A stretch of DNA of 63,902 bases, the filler included, from Collodictyon triciliatum (Eukaryota): the NCBI GenBank assembly GCA_043381765.1. It is 9 parts of 9 records of this genome, joined end to end, with 100 filler letters (N's around TTAATTAATTAA, not from the genome) between each part and the next. Parts side by side here need not be neighbours in the genome. Positions count along the whole stretch, not along the records: positions 1 to 7,366 come from JBHJMP010003933.1; positions 7,467 to 14,830 come from JBHJMP010003934.1; 7 more parts are not named here. One strand, 5' to 3'. The position numbers and the translations under genes are program-made. The notes beneath the pieces were generated by a model. The model saw only the letters and a list, made by a program, of their open reading frames with translations. It had not been told where the DNA came from and ran no database searches. Of the stretch, positions 1-13,472 are shown one piece after another (within the stretch, counting starts at the first letter, position 1; every line of letters begins with the position of its first letter).

Positions 1-53
1 TTTTGTTTTTTTTGTTGTTTTTTTTTTTTTTTTTTTTGTTTTTTTTTTTTTTT

Positions 54-121
<68 letters not shown>

Positions 122-156
122 GCTGCTGCTGCTGCTTACACTAAATTTTGAACTTT

Positions 157-2911
157 GGAGCAGGCACGGATTAACTATAGAGCAACATACTTGAGAATTA
201 TACTGGCATACTGTCCTCCTGATATAGACCACCGCATTGAGTGCATTAATCAACTTCAAGTATTTATGATTTTATTTTTACTCCCGACATACATTTTATT
301 AGATACAATTGATGGTTGTTTTCATAATTTTATAAGTCGTATTTCACCATTATTGTCTAAAAAGAAAGAAAAGAAAGGCTTGAATTCATTGCTTAAAATA
401 TTTGCGCTCATTCAAGTCTACTTCTAGTTAAGTTTTCAAGACTTTGACGTCTTTTATCTGTCCCTGGCCAAGCTTGCTTCTTTGGATTCCTTGATTGCAT
501 CACCTGCGCTACTCAATGCTTATGCGTCGCATGCGATGGCAGCAATCGGCACAAACTCAGCAAACAGCAGATCGGCTGGGTTGGCGATTATCGCTGTTTT
601 GGCACAACAAGATACGCGATTTGTTCTGGGATTGTTTGGTAGTTTTTGACATGCACTTATCTAATTAGGGTTGATAATATTTTCTCCACATTACTTTTCT
701 TGAAATTGCTGTTTCTTTAAAAAGAGTATACTTATTTGTTTATTTTTTTTTAATTGACAGATCGATTATCTTCATTTTCTGATGACCCCTGGTGGGAAGT
801 GCAGGCTCAAGTAGTTGTCCCATATTGAGTTAGTATAGTATGAATAAAGACCTGTGAATAATCAAATAAAACCACGTGTACTCATCTCGAGGAAAATTCC
901 TAGTGGCAAGATTCACCATCAGTGTTATTTTTAGATTCTTGTCATTGCAGCGAAGCTTTTAAGAGCCATTCAAAAAGGGTCTGCGCAATCGTATCGTATA
1001 TACACTGCTGTTCACAGTGTCTTGGATGAAAAATGCTCTCCTCTTGTCCAAAAGATAGGTAGGCACAAGCGAATATTCACATTTTTTGTTTAGTTTTTTT
1101 TTTAAAAAAAAAATTTCAACAAGAAAAATAGTACGACCTTACACCAGGTTTATTTTCTGAATATATGCAGGGCTTATTTATTTAACCCCTATTATGGAGT
1201 TCCACCCTGATCTGTACAAGATTTATCTGATAACACTGTTGCTTATGCCTGGTAAGATTTCATCTTGGCTTTTACAATAAATATACTACCAGTATTCTTT
1301 ACTTCACTTTCTTTCCCATTTGCCTTATTTGCTTCGACTTTTCTCCAACTCCATATTTAATTTTCTGGCACATAAGTGTGAGGCGGTCGTTGATATCTTA
1401 TTTCAATAAATATAAAAAAAGAAAATATGAGAGACAACCTTCTTGAAGACGACCCTGCGTTGGTTGAAGATATTCAGGTCAGAATTAAAAAAAATCTATT
1501 CATCATGACTAATTCATATATTTGTGGCGACTCAAAATACTATTACATATTTCTCTTATTTTTGTTCATTTTCTCCTTACCTTTTTGTTAGTATTAGAGC
1601 ATGTTCACTTTAATTCGCATCATAATCTCCAAACGCATTTTAGCCGAATGGAGTTGTAGCAGGGAATTATTCCATCACAAGTTTACCTTCCGAGTGGAAC
1701 GACCTTGGAATTACAAATGCACTTTCAGCACATGTAAATTTCAGCCAGAGGATTCATGTGATGACAATCATGATAATTTTTTTTGAACTAAATAATATAT
1801 ACACGCATCCTTATTTCAGCAGTAGTAACTATTTTGGTTTTCCTTCCAGGTAAGCGCTGAAAAACTGGATTACTTAGAAAAGGAACACATAGACATCTTC
1901 CTTGCAGCAACTAAACATGAATTTGTCGAAAATGGTATTTTTTTCAATTCTATATATATCCTTAAATGTTGAACAAACCAAAATAAAGCAAAAGAGCTTG
2001 TTTTATTGTAAGATTTTACAAATACCTTTTTTATTAAATTTTTTTTTATTAGAATCACTAGTTTTTTTTTTTGTTGACTAGTTATGGTTCTTTTAAAAAG
2101 ATATTTTGGTTGAGAAAAAATAATAACTGTATATTTTCATGTATGTGTATATGTAATTAGAGATTCCTGCATGGGCGCAAATATTCTATCAAATGAAAAA
2201 CTATTTCTACGTCTCTCTCTGCGATGAACTCTTGTGTGAAACAGCTTGCGCCATCGTCTATCGCTTTATATTTAATCTTGGTCGGCTATCATTTCAGGTT
2301 TCCTTCTATACCCCCTCAGGAAAAAAAAAAAGAAAAAAAAAAGAAAAACGGAGCCAACACACGTCAAAAACTAACATCGTTGTCAATCAATACGACTGTG
2401 GAGTGATACCCGAAAACTTTATCTTTTTTTTTCTCTGTTGCTTTTCACTGACTCGCATAACTGCAGACGCTTCCTACTTTTGTGACCAGTTTACGTATGT
2501 TGTTTCCGAGTGGTTCTCTGCGTTGCCAACAACTTGTTATCGAGCTCCTGGGTCATTTGTACAACATAAGTAATCACAGACTATACGCCACTGGTTATAT
2601 CTGACCATAATAATGATAATACCAAAGATGGCTAATATCAACAAACAATAAGAAACAATACATAATGGTAGATGATATATTATGATACACATACCCCATG
2701 ACCGATAAAAATATGAAGGTGAGTGTTTCAAGCAAAGCATTAACCAATATGTATGGACTGAGCGTATTTGGCACATTTTTCCTTACCACAACTTGTAGGC
2801 GATGAAATCCAATATTCAATGAGAGATGCCCTTGGTTTGCGACAAGATATCCTGAACGAAATGAAGCAGAACCCCGACTTTCGCGAGTTTGCTCGCCTGA
2901 TTCAAATGTAG
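157..2911 (+). CDS. Multi-exon hypothetical alpha-helical (ARM/HEAT-like) protein, 5'-truncated
   Basis: Chain of GT-AG exons reading ...EQARINYRATYLRIILAYC..., ...SAGLAIIAVLAQQD..., ...DDPWWEVQAQ..., ...YFYVSLCDELLCETACAIVYRF..., ending DEIQYSMRDALGLRQDILNEMKQNPDFREFARLIQM* (TAG 2909-2911). Family not recognised; the fold is a guess from the amphipathic helical pattern. Confidence 0.6.
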
Positions 2912-3487
2912 TTTCCCAGCCAGGGATCGAAACAGACTTTTACCGGATCAAATAGTGATATAAAGTTTCCCTTTGAGCGAAGTGATATGAGCCATTATAT
3001 ATTTCTCAACACCGCCATCAAACATTTGTATCGGCACCAGACTCTGAACGCTCTATTATCATTTTACATCCCTTTGTTCGTACTCAATAGTTTGGCGAAT
3101 GTTGTAGACGGTCGCCATCCTGATTGAATCATGAAAGGTTTATTCGATAATCTTTTTCTTGAAGAAAAAAAAAATGCACCAGAGCGCTTGGAAGCTTTGA
3201 TATCCACATAAAAGAATGATTGTCAGAGACTGGCGTGGAATAAAAATCCACCGCATTAACCGCGACTTGTTCAATTTTTGTCTTGTGAACGCGGAACAGA
3301 TGCAGGGACTCATTCTATTGTGGTTCTGGTTCTGGGTTTGAAGTATATGGCGAGAAGAAAAGTGAAGTGAGATGAAGGGAAGTGAATGAAAGGATGGCTG
3401 TCTGTGTTCTCTGTTAGTGTAAAGTCGATGTCGCTGTGTGGAAAGTGGTCTGACGAGAACGCGAAGGAAAAAGCCAATCCTTTTCGT

Positions 3488-6400
3488 TTATGATAATTCT
3501 CTATTCCAAAGTTCCTCCGCGTCCTGGCTGTTTTCGGGCAGCCAGCGAACGACACCCTTTTTTTTTCCATGTCATTATTAATGTTATTATTATTATTACT
3601 ATTGAAAATAAAACTGTGTTATTACGTGGAATAATTACACGAAAAAGAAAGTGAATCTTACAATATTTTAGATATGATATGAAATAAACACAAAAGAAAA
3701 TGTGATGGAATACCTGAAGGCGGGTAAGTGTGCGCTGTAAGTAGCGCTCAACCTTGACTCCGCGGTCTTCTTCCGCATCGTCCTGTTGTTCATAGGTAGA
3801 TAAATAAACAAATAAACAAATAAACAAATAAACAAATAAACAAATAAATAAATAAATAAATAAATAAATAAACAAATAGAGAAAGAATTCATGGTTTTTC
3901 CAAAAAAAAAATTAAGTGAAGAGTAAATTATTCATGATTTGAAGAGAACAAGATTACAAAACCAATAAAAATCTTTTTTTTTTCGATTGCTTTGAACCGA
4001 ATAAAGGGAGAAAAAAAAACCAATTGCAAGCTGGCAAAAGGGAACATCATTATAGCTTTAATCTCGCTTTTTCGTTATCTTCTAACTTTCTTACTTGTCC
4101 GACGGGAGGGTCGTACAGCGATGCCTGCCCGGTTTGCAAAGCCTCTGCAAAGGACATCGGATTCAATTTGATGAGCCTGTTTGTAATGACCATTTGTTCG
4201 CGGCTGAAGAGGTTAAAGTATGCAAACAACCAGTAAACAGGGGTGAAGGGAACAATAAAGTGGACGAAGACAAGAATCGCTGTGAAAACCCAGTAAAAGA
4301 CGAGGATTTGGTCCTGAGTTTCATCTCCAGACTCAAACGCGCGCGAGAAAAAAGACCCGTCAAACACAGACTGCATCAGCGACCCGTCATACTCAACTCC
4401 TTGTGTGCTGTAACAAACACTGGCAACAAACATATGCACAGTCACACAAGATGGCAAAAGTCTCTCAAGGCGGAGAGCGAGCTTAACCTCGTAGGGCGGA
4501 GGTGGCCCACTGACCCGCAAGACAGTGTATTTGCACACCCAATAGTGAAGAATGAGGCCGATAAACCCGATGATAATCACAATCGGCGCAATCGGGCTGA
4601 GTGCCAGGCAAATGAAGATTACTTCCAGCGTAAAGGCGTATGCTTCGGCTAGATTGAACGGAGGATTGCGATAGGCCTCTTCATAGTCCTTGCGGGTGAA
4701 GCAGAACGGAAGCATCTTTTGGACCTTTCGTTTGTACAACACAGGCATGGACAATCTCCTAAGCACAGGGCCGATGATGATAGCCATGACAACAAGGATG
4801 TAGCCTTCCACAAAGTCGGGGACTTTGTACACATCTTCCATCTGAATCTCACCTTCTTCGTCGACTTTGCCTTGCACAGAAAGCAGCACAGCAAGTGCCA
4901 CAGAAAGCGAAGAGTTGAGGATGGTCACAAAGAAGATCTTTGCGCAAAGTCCAGTTTGCAGGCCAGTGTGCGAATGGTGGCGTTCCTGCGGGACGACGTG
5001 GCAGAGAAAAGCTGTGAGTGCGTAGTTGAGGAAACCCACGATGATGGCTACGGCCAGCGGGAATCCTTCATTTGGAGACTCTTCATTCTCCAGAATGGCA
5101 GAGTTGATCAACAGCGAGATTCCAATGAGTCCAAAGCAAATCAAGAATGTTCCGAGTTGGCGGACAAAGCGCGAGAAGTTTCCGTGGCCTAGGTTTTCCC
5201 AAATGATGTCGAGGGGCTCTGGTGGGTCAAGGGCTTCCACAGACCTTATATGAGTATGTCCTATTTTAGCTACTTCGTTCTCTTTGGGAAAGAAGGATTG
5301 GTTATGAATATATAGTATGTGTGACTGAATGAATCAATCCAATAATATGCATGCATGCTCCAATTTTGAAGATAAGGTTATGCAGATAAACTCTTAAGAA
5401 AAAAAGAGAAAGCTGTTCAAAATATTTGTTGCTTATCATCAGATAAAAAAACCTATAGCGAAACTTGGGTGGTCCGCTGTAGCACCATATCAATTGGCAT
5501 GTGCGGGCAAAACGGGACCCCATATATACTTCCTTGCACTTTACTGCGCTTTCGATATTCTCAAAGGTTACAAAAGCGCGTCCAATCGGATCAGGTCTAT
5601 TTTGATGTAGATTTAAAATCAGCAAACAAAGAAAGCGAGTATTGCTAATGTCACTTACGGTATGATATTACTAGTGTATCCTACGATTTTCTTTCATATT
5701 AAATACATATAATTTTTTTGCTTACTGATATTGTTGTGAAAAATTTAATCAAGCAAATTGAGGAAAGAAAATATCAATTTATATTTACACATCCGATTTA
5801 ATGTACATTATTACTTTTTGGCTTCGGCCTCTGTAATCAAGGCTTCAATATCAGACAAATATCGGGTCCAGAAAAGACTGTCGCAACCGATCCCAAAAGG
5901 CTGGAAAAGACGCCGGCGGCTGAGTGACTGCGTGTTTCGTCCTGCAATACCAAGATATTCATAGTACCATGGGTCGGGGCAGTTTGCAGCCTCTGCAGCG
6001 AGTGCATGGTCTAATCGCTGTCTTGCGATTGTGCGCTTTGTTCGGAGCTCAATCAAATCGGGTGGCAACGAAACGATGGTTATTTTATGGACTTTACCAT
6101 ATCTATATAGATTTAAATTTATTGTCTTATCCAAGCAAGCCAACACCCCCACCATCCTGCACAAAACTGAAAGAAAGAATAAAAAATAATAATTGTGTTA
6201 TGCGAGCGATTGAAAAACTGACAAGATTTTACGGATAATTATTCTTATTTTCGTACTGCATATGAAAAAAATATACTCTGTAAAGAATTCTGATAATTCC
6301 TGCTCTTTATACGAAAGCTTTGGTAACCCACGAATCTCCACCGTATAATAAGGTGCAGTGAATTTGAAGTTTTTCATATTCAGAATTCTTTCTTGCTACG

Positions 6401-7160
6401 GTTATAAGCATTAAAAAGGAGAAAAAGGAGAAAAAGGAGAAAAAGGAGAAAAAGGAGAAAAAGGAGAAAAAGGAGAAAAAGGAGAAAAAAGAAAATGGAA
6501 AAATCAATTAATCGCTACGTTGGATTTATATCATAGCTAAAATATGTATATATTCAGCAAAAACATGAGGTAAGACTGGAAATATAATTTTTTAGTTCGA
6601 TGATTCATATTTGCCATATTTATTTTTACCTCATAGTACTTTTGGAAGTAAATGAAGATCAACAGAAATATAGAAAATAGCAGGTCCATCACAAGGATAG
6701 TGGACGAAACTCTCTCATCGCCCAAGTTTGTGATGGATATCCCTACCAACGGAGGCGGATTGTCGTTGACGCTTGCATAGTGCTCTCCAGCGAGTTCGGG
6801 TCCGCTTCCGCCGCCGTATTCAATCAGGCTGACAAGTGCCATAACTGTTTGGGATTGCATCCGATGTTTTGATTGGAAAAGTGTAAATATTTCACAATAA
6901 ATATAATAGATATATATTAATAAATAAACGTTTAAAATAGCAATAACAATAACAATAACAACAACAACAACAATAATAATAATAATTATGAATGCTTCGA
7001 AAGATTTTTTCATAAAAAAAAAAGCTTACTGCTAAACAGTCCAAAAGCGATCGCATACTCTTTGACGTGGTGGAAAAACAACGCAAGACCCACACCAGCA
7101 TCTCCAGTTTCGAGAACTTTTGAAGTCAGCGGAGTCAGTCGAAAGGGAGATTCTGAGCAC
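3488..7160 (-). CDS. CSC1/OSCA/TMEM63 (DUF221)-like multi-pass cation channel, 5'-truncated
   Basis: ORF 4050-5240 has PPEPLDIIWENL, PPFNLAEAYA and PIAPIVIIIGFIGLILHYWVCKYTVLR. An upstream exon has GRAFVTFEN (cytosolic RRM-like domain) and the 5'-most exon has GVGLALFFHHVK. A GTAAGA donor after ...PPVGQ leads to two small exons ending GVVRWLPENSQDAEELWNRELS*. Confidence 0.8.
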
Positions 7161-7366
7161 CTAGTTTTAGGAAAACTGTTATTCATGCACCAAGTCTTCC
7201 GACACAAGCACATATAATGACGATGACAATTACAATTACAATTAAACCATGAAGACTAACTGTCAAAATAAGAAGGAAAAAGATAAAAATAATGATTGAA
7301 ATAAGAAAATAAAACATGGGATATAAATGTACGAAAAGCAGGATTCGTGTGGGATATGCAAAAAAA

Positions 7367-7466
7367 NNNNNNNNNNNNNNNNNNNNNNNNNNNNNNNNNN
7401 NNNNNNNNNNTTAATTAATTAANNNNNNNNNNNNNNNNNNNNNNNNNNNNNNNNNNNNNNNNNNNN
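7367..7466. other. Artificial contig linker (N-run + TTAATTAATTAA + N-run), one of eight
   Basis: The same six-frame-stop 12-mer sits inside a ~100-nt N spacer at 7391, 14875, 22339, 29801, 37260, 44717, 52177 and 59633. The intervening contigs are all ~7.36 kb, consistent with size-sorted concatenation. Confidence 0.97.
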
Positions 7467-7713
7467 TCTTTTTCTTCTCTTTTTCTTCTCTTTTTCTTCT
7501 CTTTTTCTTCTCTTTTTCTTCTCTTTTTCTTCTCTTTTTCTTCTCTTTTTCTTCTCTTTTTCTTCAACTCCAGCAACAGAACGAAGTCCGCTTCACACAC
7601 ACACTCACTCACACGGGCAACACAAGGAATAAACCAACTATCAGAGTTGAAGAGAGAAAGCCCAGGAGGCTGGCAGTATGTTCATTCCGCGGGAAGGGCC
7701 CCGAACTGCGCGC

Positions 7714-10700
7714 TCATTCCACATTTGGTGCCACTTGCTCCTTGTCTTGCCTCTCGTGCGACTGGCCGGGTGCTCCGTCTTGGGGTTGCTTGCCTGGCTT
7801 TGTTTTGGACGGTCCACTTGTTGGGCACAGATATCCACTCTGGTCCAGGAGCTCTCCTTGTGAGATGGAGTCGAGGACGTACTATCATATGTAAGGATAT
7901 GTGGTGAGTATGCGTGCTGTGGATACTACGTTGCCTGCCAAGGGGAGCTTGGATGTGGATTCCCTTCGGATTTAGCATGCTTCTTCTCTTTTTCTTTTTC
8001 TTTTTTCTTTTTCATTTATTTTTCGCATTCTTTCATTTTATTTTATTTTTTTAGTGCTCGATTTTTTTTCCCTTTTCTTTTCCTTTATGAATTAAATACC
8101 ACGATGGGCAGAGAGGAGGAGAACGATATAATAAAACTGATAAGGTTCGATCTGGGTGGGTTACTGCTTCAAAGAGGATGGGCGTGCCTTTGGCGTTTCT
8201 GGGGTGACCAATGGTCTTCGACGCGATGCAAAAGTGAGAATTGGATATCGACTCAGTTACCTAGATGTATATCAAGATGTCACAAAGATATGTCCCTATC
8301 CATTTTAAGCATATTCTCAATTATGGAAAATAATCATGATTCATTATACAACACACATTTGTGGTATTTTTTTTTTTTTTAGTAACAATACTTCTTTACT
8401 CAGATACATCTGTATAAAAAAAAAAATCGACAGAAAGATATCTCGTTTCGTGCTATCGGGTGGCAGTGGGGGATGTTGGCGAGCTTAGGGCATCTTTACC
8501 TCAGCGCCACCAGATCTCAAAATGTCGCTTAATTCATCGCGGGGTATGGATGTTTCTCCGAGTATATAAATCTTTTTACCATGGAATATGGACATCTCCT
8601 TGTCGGCTATAGAGATACGGGTGAAGGAAGAAAAGAAAAAAGAAACTTATGTTAAACACATATATGTGATATGTGAATCATTTACCATTGAACTTATTTC
8701 AAATGTAAAAATCAAAATGGGCGAGAGTCTTTAAAATCGTAGTAGGAAATCTAGATAAGATATGGAAGAGGGGGAACGTAACATCCTTGGTCTTAATGTT
8801 AACTAGACCGAGGAAATAGAATAAGTGAGGGAGAGCCTAGGAAACGACTCTCTCACAGTTGTTCATAGAGCTACCTTTCTTTTTTCGAAGTAACTTCGGG
8901 CCAGGAAGGAAGTCGACTTCAAAATCAATCTCCGGAGCCCATCGTCCGTGCTCCAATGATGAAAAAAGCCACTCTGGAGATACAACCCACAGGCCTTCAA
9001 TCATAAATTGGAAAAATATTAATATACTATCATTTTTTTTAAAAAAAAAATGAAATAAAATAATTGAATTATTCGCTGCTCGAAAGAGTTCCCCCTCCAA
9101 TTCCAACTTTTCATAAATGTGGATGTGATAAAAAAAAATTTTATTATGCCTTGTCTTTGCTTCTACGAGTTATACTCAAATAACATGCATATCACCATAA
9201 ATGTCAATCAAAATAATACCGCGAACAGAGCCAGCCAATACTTTAGAGGTTCGCCTGTGTGTGGCAACAATGTGGGTGGTCAGATCATCAACCGCTACTA
9301 CGACCTAAATTGCCCAAGGACCATTTGGTAACAGACGTTATTTTCTATTTCCCCGGTGAAAATGGAAAAGTGCAAATGAAGCATTTGAAAGCTAGAACAC
9401 ATTCTTTAATATACGTAATAGATATTTCATAGCCACCTTCCCTCCTAAATTACAAGTGATATCGTAAGCCAAAGCTCGAGCATTTTTATCCAGACCTGAT
9501 AAAGCGATGTGAAATCCCTAAAACGTTCAAATAATGGTATAAATTATCATTTACAAGATACAGAAAATATGTCACAAGATTAAAAGCTCCTTTTGTACAA
9601 AAGAAAAGAAGAAAACAAGGTGGAAAAAGAAAAAGAGGAAAGCCAGAGCAATCACTGTTTTTCTTGTCCTTGATATGCCCTTTGGCGTGTCTAGTTTAAA
9701 CTGTGCATTCCTAACTGACTCATCGCCAGAGCCCTCTTCAAGGTTTAAAACCGTTTTTCTTTTAATCTCCTTCTTCCTCTCTTTTTCTTCAGTGGGCTCA
9801 GTGCATTCGCTCGGTTTCATATGATAATCTGCGATGTTTCTTGGCTTTTTAACAGAGCCCTCTTTTGGAATGATATCTTCTCCCTCATTCACCAATACCT
9901 TCTTTGTCTCTATATTTAAATTATACTGTTAATTTATTCACAGTATGTAAGCTCTTTCTATTCTCTCTGTTTTCATCTAAATCAATTCAAAAAAAGGAAA
10001 TAGTATGGTAATGCGAAGATATTGTCTCGTCCTAAAAAAAATTAATATTTAACAAAAGTGATACCACCAGGGCTCTTCTCAGGGATAGAGGCCAACAGGT
10101 TTGCGCACAGGACGTCTGGTGAAGATGTAAATAATTCTAGGGTGTCTATTCATTTAAGCACGTTCAAAAACTGAATCTAATTCTATATCCATGTCATATG
10201 TACAACTATTGATGTTAATATAATTATACAAATACCGTTTGGCTCTAGTGTCAGTCGCTGAGGACTTGATATTCGCTTTCTTGATTTTGGTGTGGTTTCA
10301 GTATCATGCTCTCGATTTGCTTTGATTTGTTGTGATGATGAAAATTTTGCGTCTGTTGACTCTTTCATGGACAACTCCTTTGGCTCCATACTTTTTCTAC
10401 GTTTCTATTGAGTTTTTCCAGTCAAATTGGATTCACAAAATTCTTCAAATAAAAAAATCAGCAATACTAGTAGCAAATGTACAGGGATGAATCCGTCAAT
10501 ATGTATTTCATGGTAAAATGGATACCAACGAAATAGGAACCTTGTCTTTTTTCTCCAAGAGAACAGAGCCAACAATTGGATTCTTTATCACAAACGCATC
10601 CATGGGAATGAACATTCCATCTTCCAGGCATCTATGGTTAATTCGCTTAAATTCTATACTAATAACTGGATTTTATGTAACAATCTTACTTATCTACCCA

Positions 10701-10928
10701 AAGGGGAGACACTATTGGGATTCTGTATTCTAGTGCCTGTTGAACAACGTTGGGTTTACCGTTTTTGAATACTACTGCAGTAGTTCCAGTCGATAATTTT
10801 GAGACCGATTTTGCACCGAATGATTCAATTTTAGTTTTCAGCACCGCGCTAACACTCTGTCCGTCCTCTGTAAAAACTGACAAAAATATGCTTTTTCCAA
10901 AAAATATTCTCCCATTTGATTCTCCCAT
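7714..10928 (-). CDS. Microcephalin-like protein: N-terminal BRCT, low-complexity middle, C-terminal tandem BRCT
   Basis: N-terminal FFGKSIFLSVFTEDGQSVSAVLKTKIESFGAKSVSKLSTGTTAVVFKNG...IPIVSPLWVDK. C-terminal THIVATHRRTSKVLAG, GLWVVSPEWLFSSLEHGRWAPEIDFE and YVLDSISQGELL. This 1+2 BRCT layout is that of MCPH1. The start codon is uncertain. Confidence 0.75.
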
Positions 10929-12174
10929 AGGTGAATGCTTGAAACATAGCAAGAAATTAGTGGGTTATTCAAACATGCGTCACATATATTGTGAAATGTA
11001 TATATAATTATACACCTTGATGTTTTGGTGAAGAAGCTTCGCACTAGAAAATATACAATAACACAAGTTTTCGTAGGCTGCTGTGGTTTGATTAGGAATG
11101 CACAATGTCAAAGAGAATAAGCGCTCAAAAACCTTTTCCACTCCGGATGCGCTTGCGCATAACTTGGTGTCAGAGACGATGGTGGGAGAGGGTGGCTTTT
11201 TTACCTAAAATGCAAGGAAGGAGACTTGATTCGTGAAGTTTGATATTAACTTTGGATTTTCATATTTCAGGTGATACTGAATTTATATGAAACTTATTAT
11301 TGTTACCACATACATACATACATACATACATACATACATACATACATACATACATACNNNNNNNNNNNNNNNNNNNNNNNNNNNNNNNNNNNNNNNNNNN
11401 NNNNNNNNNNNNNNNNNNNNNNNNNNNNNNNNNNNNNNNNNNNNNNNNNNNNNNNNNNNNNNNNNNNNNNNNNNNNNNNNNNNNNNNNNNNNNNNNNNNN
11501 NNNNNNNNNNNNNNNNNNNNNNNNNNNNNNNNNNNNNNNNNNNNNNNNNNNNNNNNNNNNNNNNNNNNNNNNNNNNNNNNNNNNNNNNNNNNNNNNNNNN
11601 NNNNNNNNAAAAAAAATGGAACAATGAAATAAGAATACAACTTAGTACATTCGTGTCGAGCTCGTCTATTCAATTCTTTAATATTTTTTTTTGATGCGCT
11701 ATCAGAGGAGACGATTCAACAGCAATAGTTTTGAAAGAAAGTAGCCACCATGTTGAAGCGCCATAAAGAGCCTGATACAGAGTTTCTGGTATGCCTCCAC
11801 TTGCCTAATATAATTTTGCAGCATGTCTCGGTGGCTCTGAAACAGAATAGTCGCCCCCAGGAATGCGGGTTTGTTGGAGTGTCCAATCAACGCGGCATAG
11901 GGCGATCGCAGGAGCGAGGACTTATGTCAGGGCGCCCCGTCGTTGCATCTCTGAAGCAAGCTGCTCTTTTTTGAAAGTTTGAACATTTGAACTATGTCCT
12001 TATGTGGAATTTACTATGTCCATTTTAGGAATTAGATTGTGTTAGCTGTCGCCTTCTGTGTTTTCTTTGTTTCGTCATCCGGTCGTGTTCTTTGAATGAG
12101 CGGGTTGGGTACGTTCTTGGAGCATGTTTCACGTCTGCTGTTTTCTTGGCCGAATACCTCCGTCTGTGAGAACT

Positions 12175-13410
12175 ATGCGCATCTTCTCAAACAGAGCGTG
12201 AGTATTTCACTAGTTGAAGACACTGGAACTGGAGTTCTTCTCTAGAGTTCACAGTCGAAATGTAGCCAAGCTTCGTTTTTGGTGGCCATGTTTTGTTTTT
12301 TTGTTTTGTTTTTTTCTTTTCTTTTGTTTTTTTGTTTTTTTGTTTTTGTTTTTTTGTTTTGTTTTTTTCTTTTCTTTTGTTTTTTTGTTTTGTTTTTTTG
12401 TTTTGTTTTTTTGTTTTTGTTTTTGTTTTTGTTTTTGTTTTTGTTTTGTTTTATGTTTATTTTTGTTTTTGTTTTTGTTTTTGTTCTTGTTTTTGTTTTT
12501 GTTTTAGTTTTTTTTTTATGTTTATTTTTATGTTTATTTTTATGTTTATTTTTATGTTTATTTTTATGTTTATTTTTATGTTTATTTTTATGTTTATTTC
12601 ATGTTTATTTTGTTTTTGTTTTATGTTTATTTTTATTCGGTACCCTTCAGCTTGATTGGACGATTCACGAAGGCTCTCTGTTCGGCAATACCCGCATCAT
12701 CGAGCGCAGGTTTCTTTTCCCGAGTTCCCTCTCTCTGCCGCATTCTCTCCGCCAACCACAACAGATAATACCACTTATAGACGTTGCATTCTGTTATCAC
12801 GTCTGGCTACTATGATTTATATGATTCAAGTCAACTTTTTTAAAATATATTTTTATAAACATATTCTTATCATTATTTGACAAAACAGGTACTGCATTTA
12901 TCAACCAATATTCTACAACATCACACAAGAAAACTTCAGTGAGAAAAATGGAACCTGTCGTTTCGATCCCAGCCGAGGGTGTAATTCGACTCCAAGAAAA
13001 TGAGGATAAAATCCTTACCTTGCTAAAAGAAGTGGCAGCTCATGATGAAAGCCTATCTGGGATAACAATTCGAGTAGCTGGAGGATGGGTTCGCGATAAA
13101 GTATGCTTTAAAATAACAATGAACATATCAATACATTAATATTTGGTGCCTAATCTTGTTAACATAAGAGATTCTATAACACTGATAAATTTGGGTAACA
13201 ATGAAATCAGATTTTAGGTTTAGAATCTCACGATCTAGATATTGCCTTGGATATCACGTCTGGGGCTACTTTTGCTCACAAAGTGAATGCATATATGAAA
13301 GAAAAGGTAAGTGGATTTTATGTCTTCAACGATGATTTACTCGTTACTCATTCATACGATTTGACTCATCTGTTCCCCTTTTTCTTTCCTTCTTTCTGTC
13401 TATCTATCTG

Positions 13411-13472
<62 letters not shown>

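Noticed and set aside
11702-11990. Short GC-richer ORFs on both strands
   Set aside because: No recognisable motif or convincing splice structure.
12214-12815. Poly-F/L/I/N ORFs in the track (also 3-194, 15304-15796, 18106-18398, 37260-37897, 44717-45207)
   Set aside because: They are translations of microsatellites or N-gaps.
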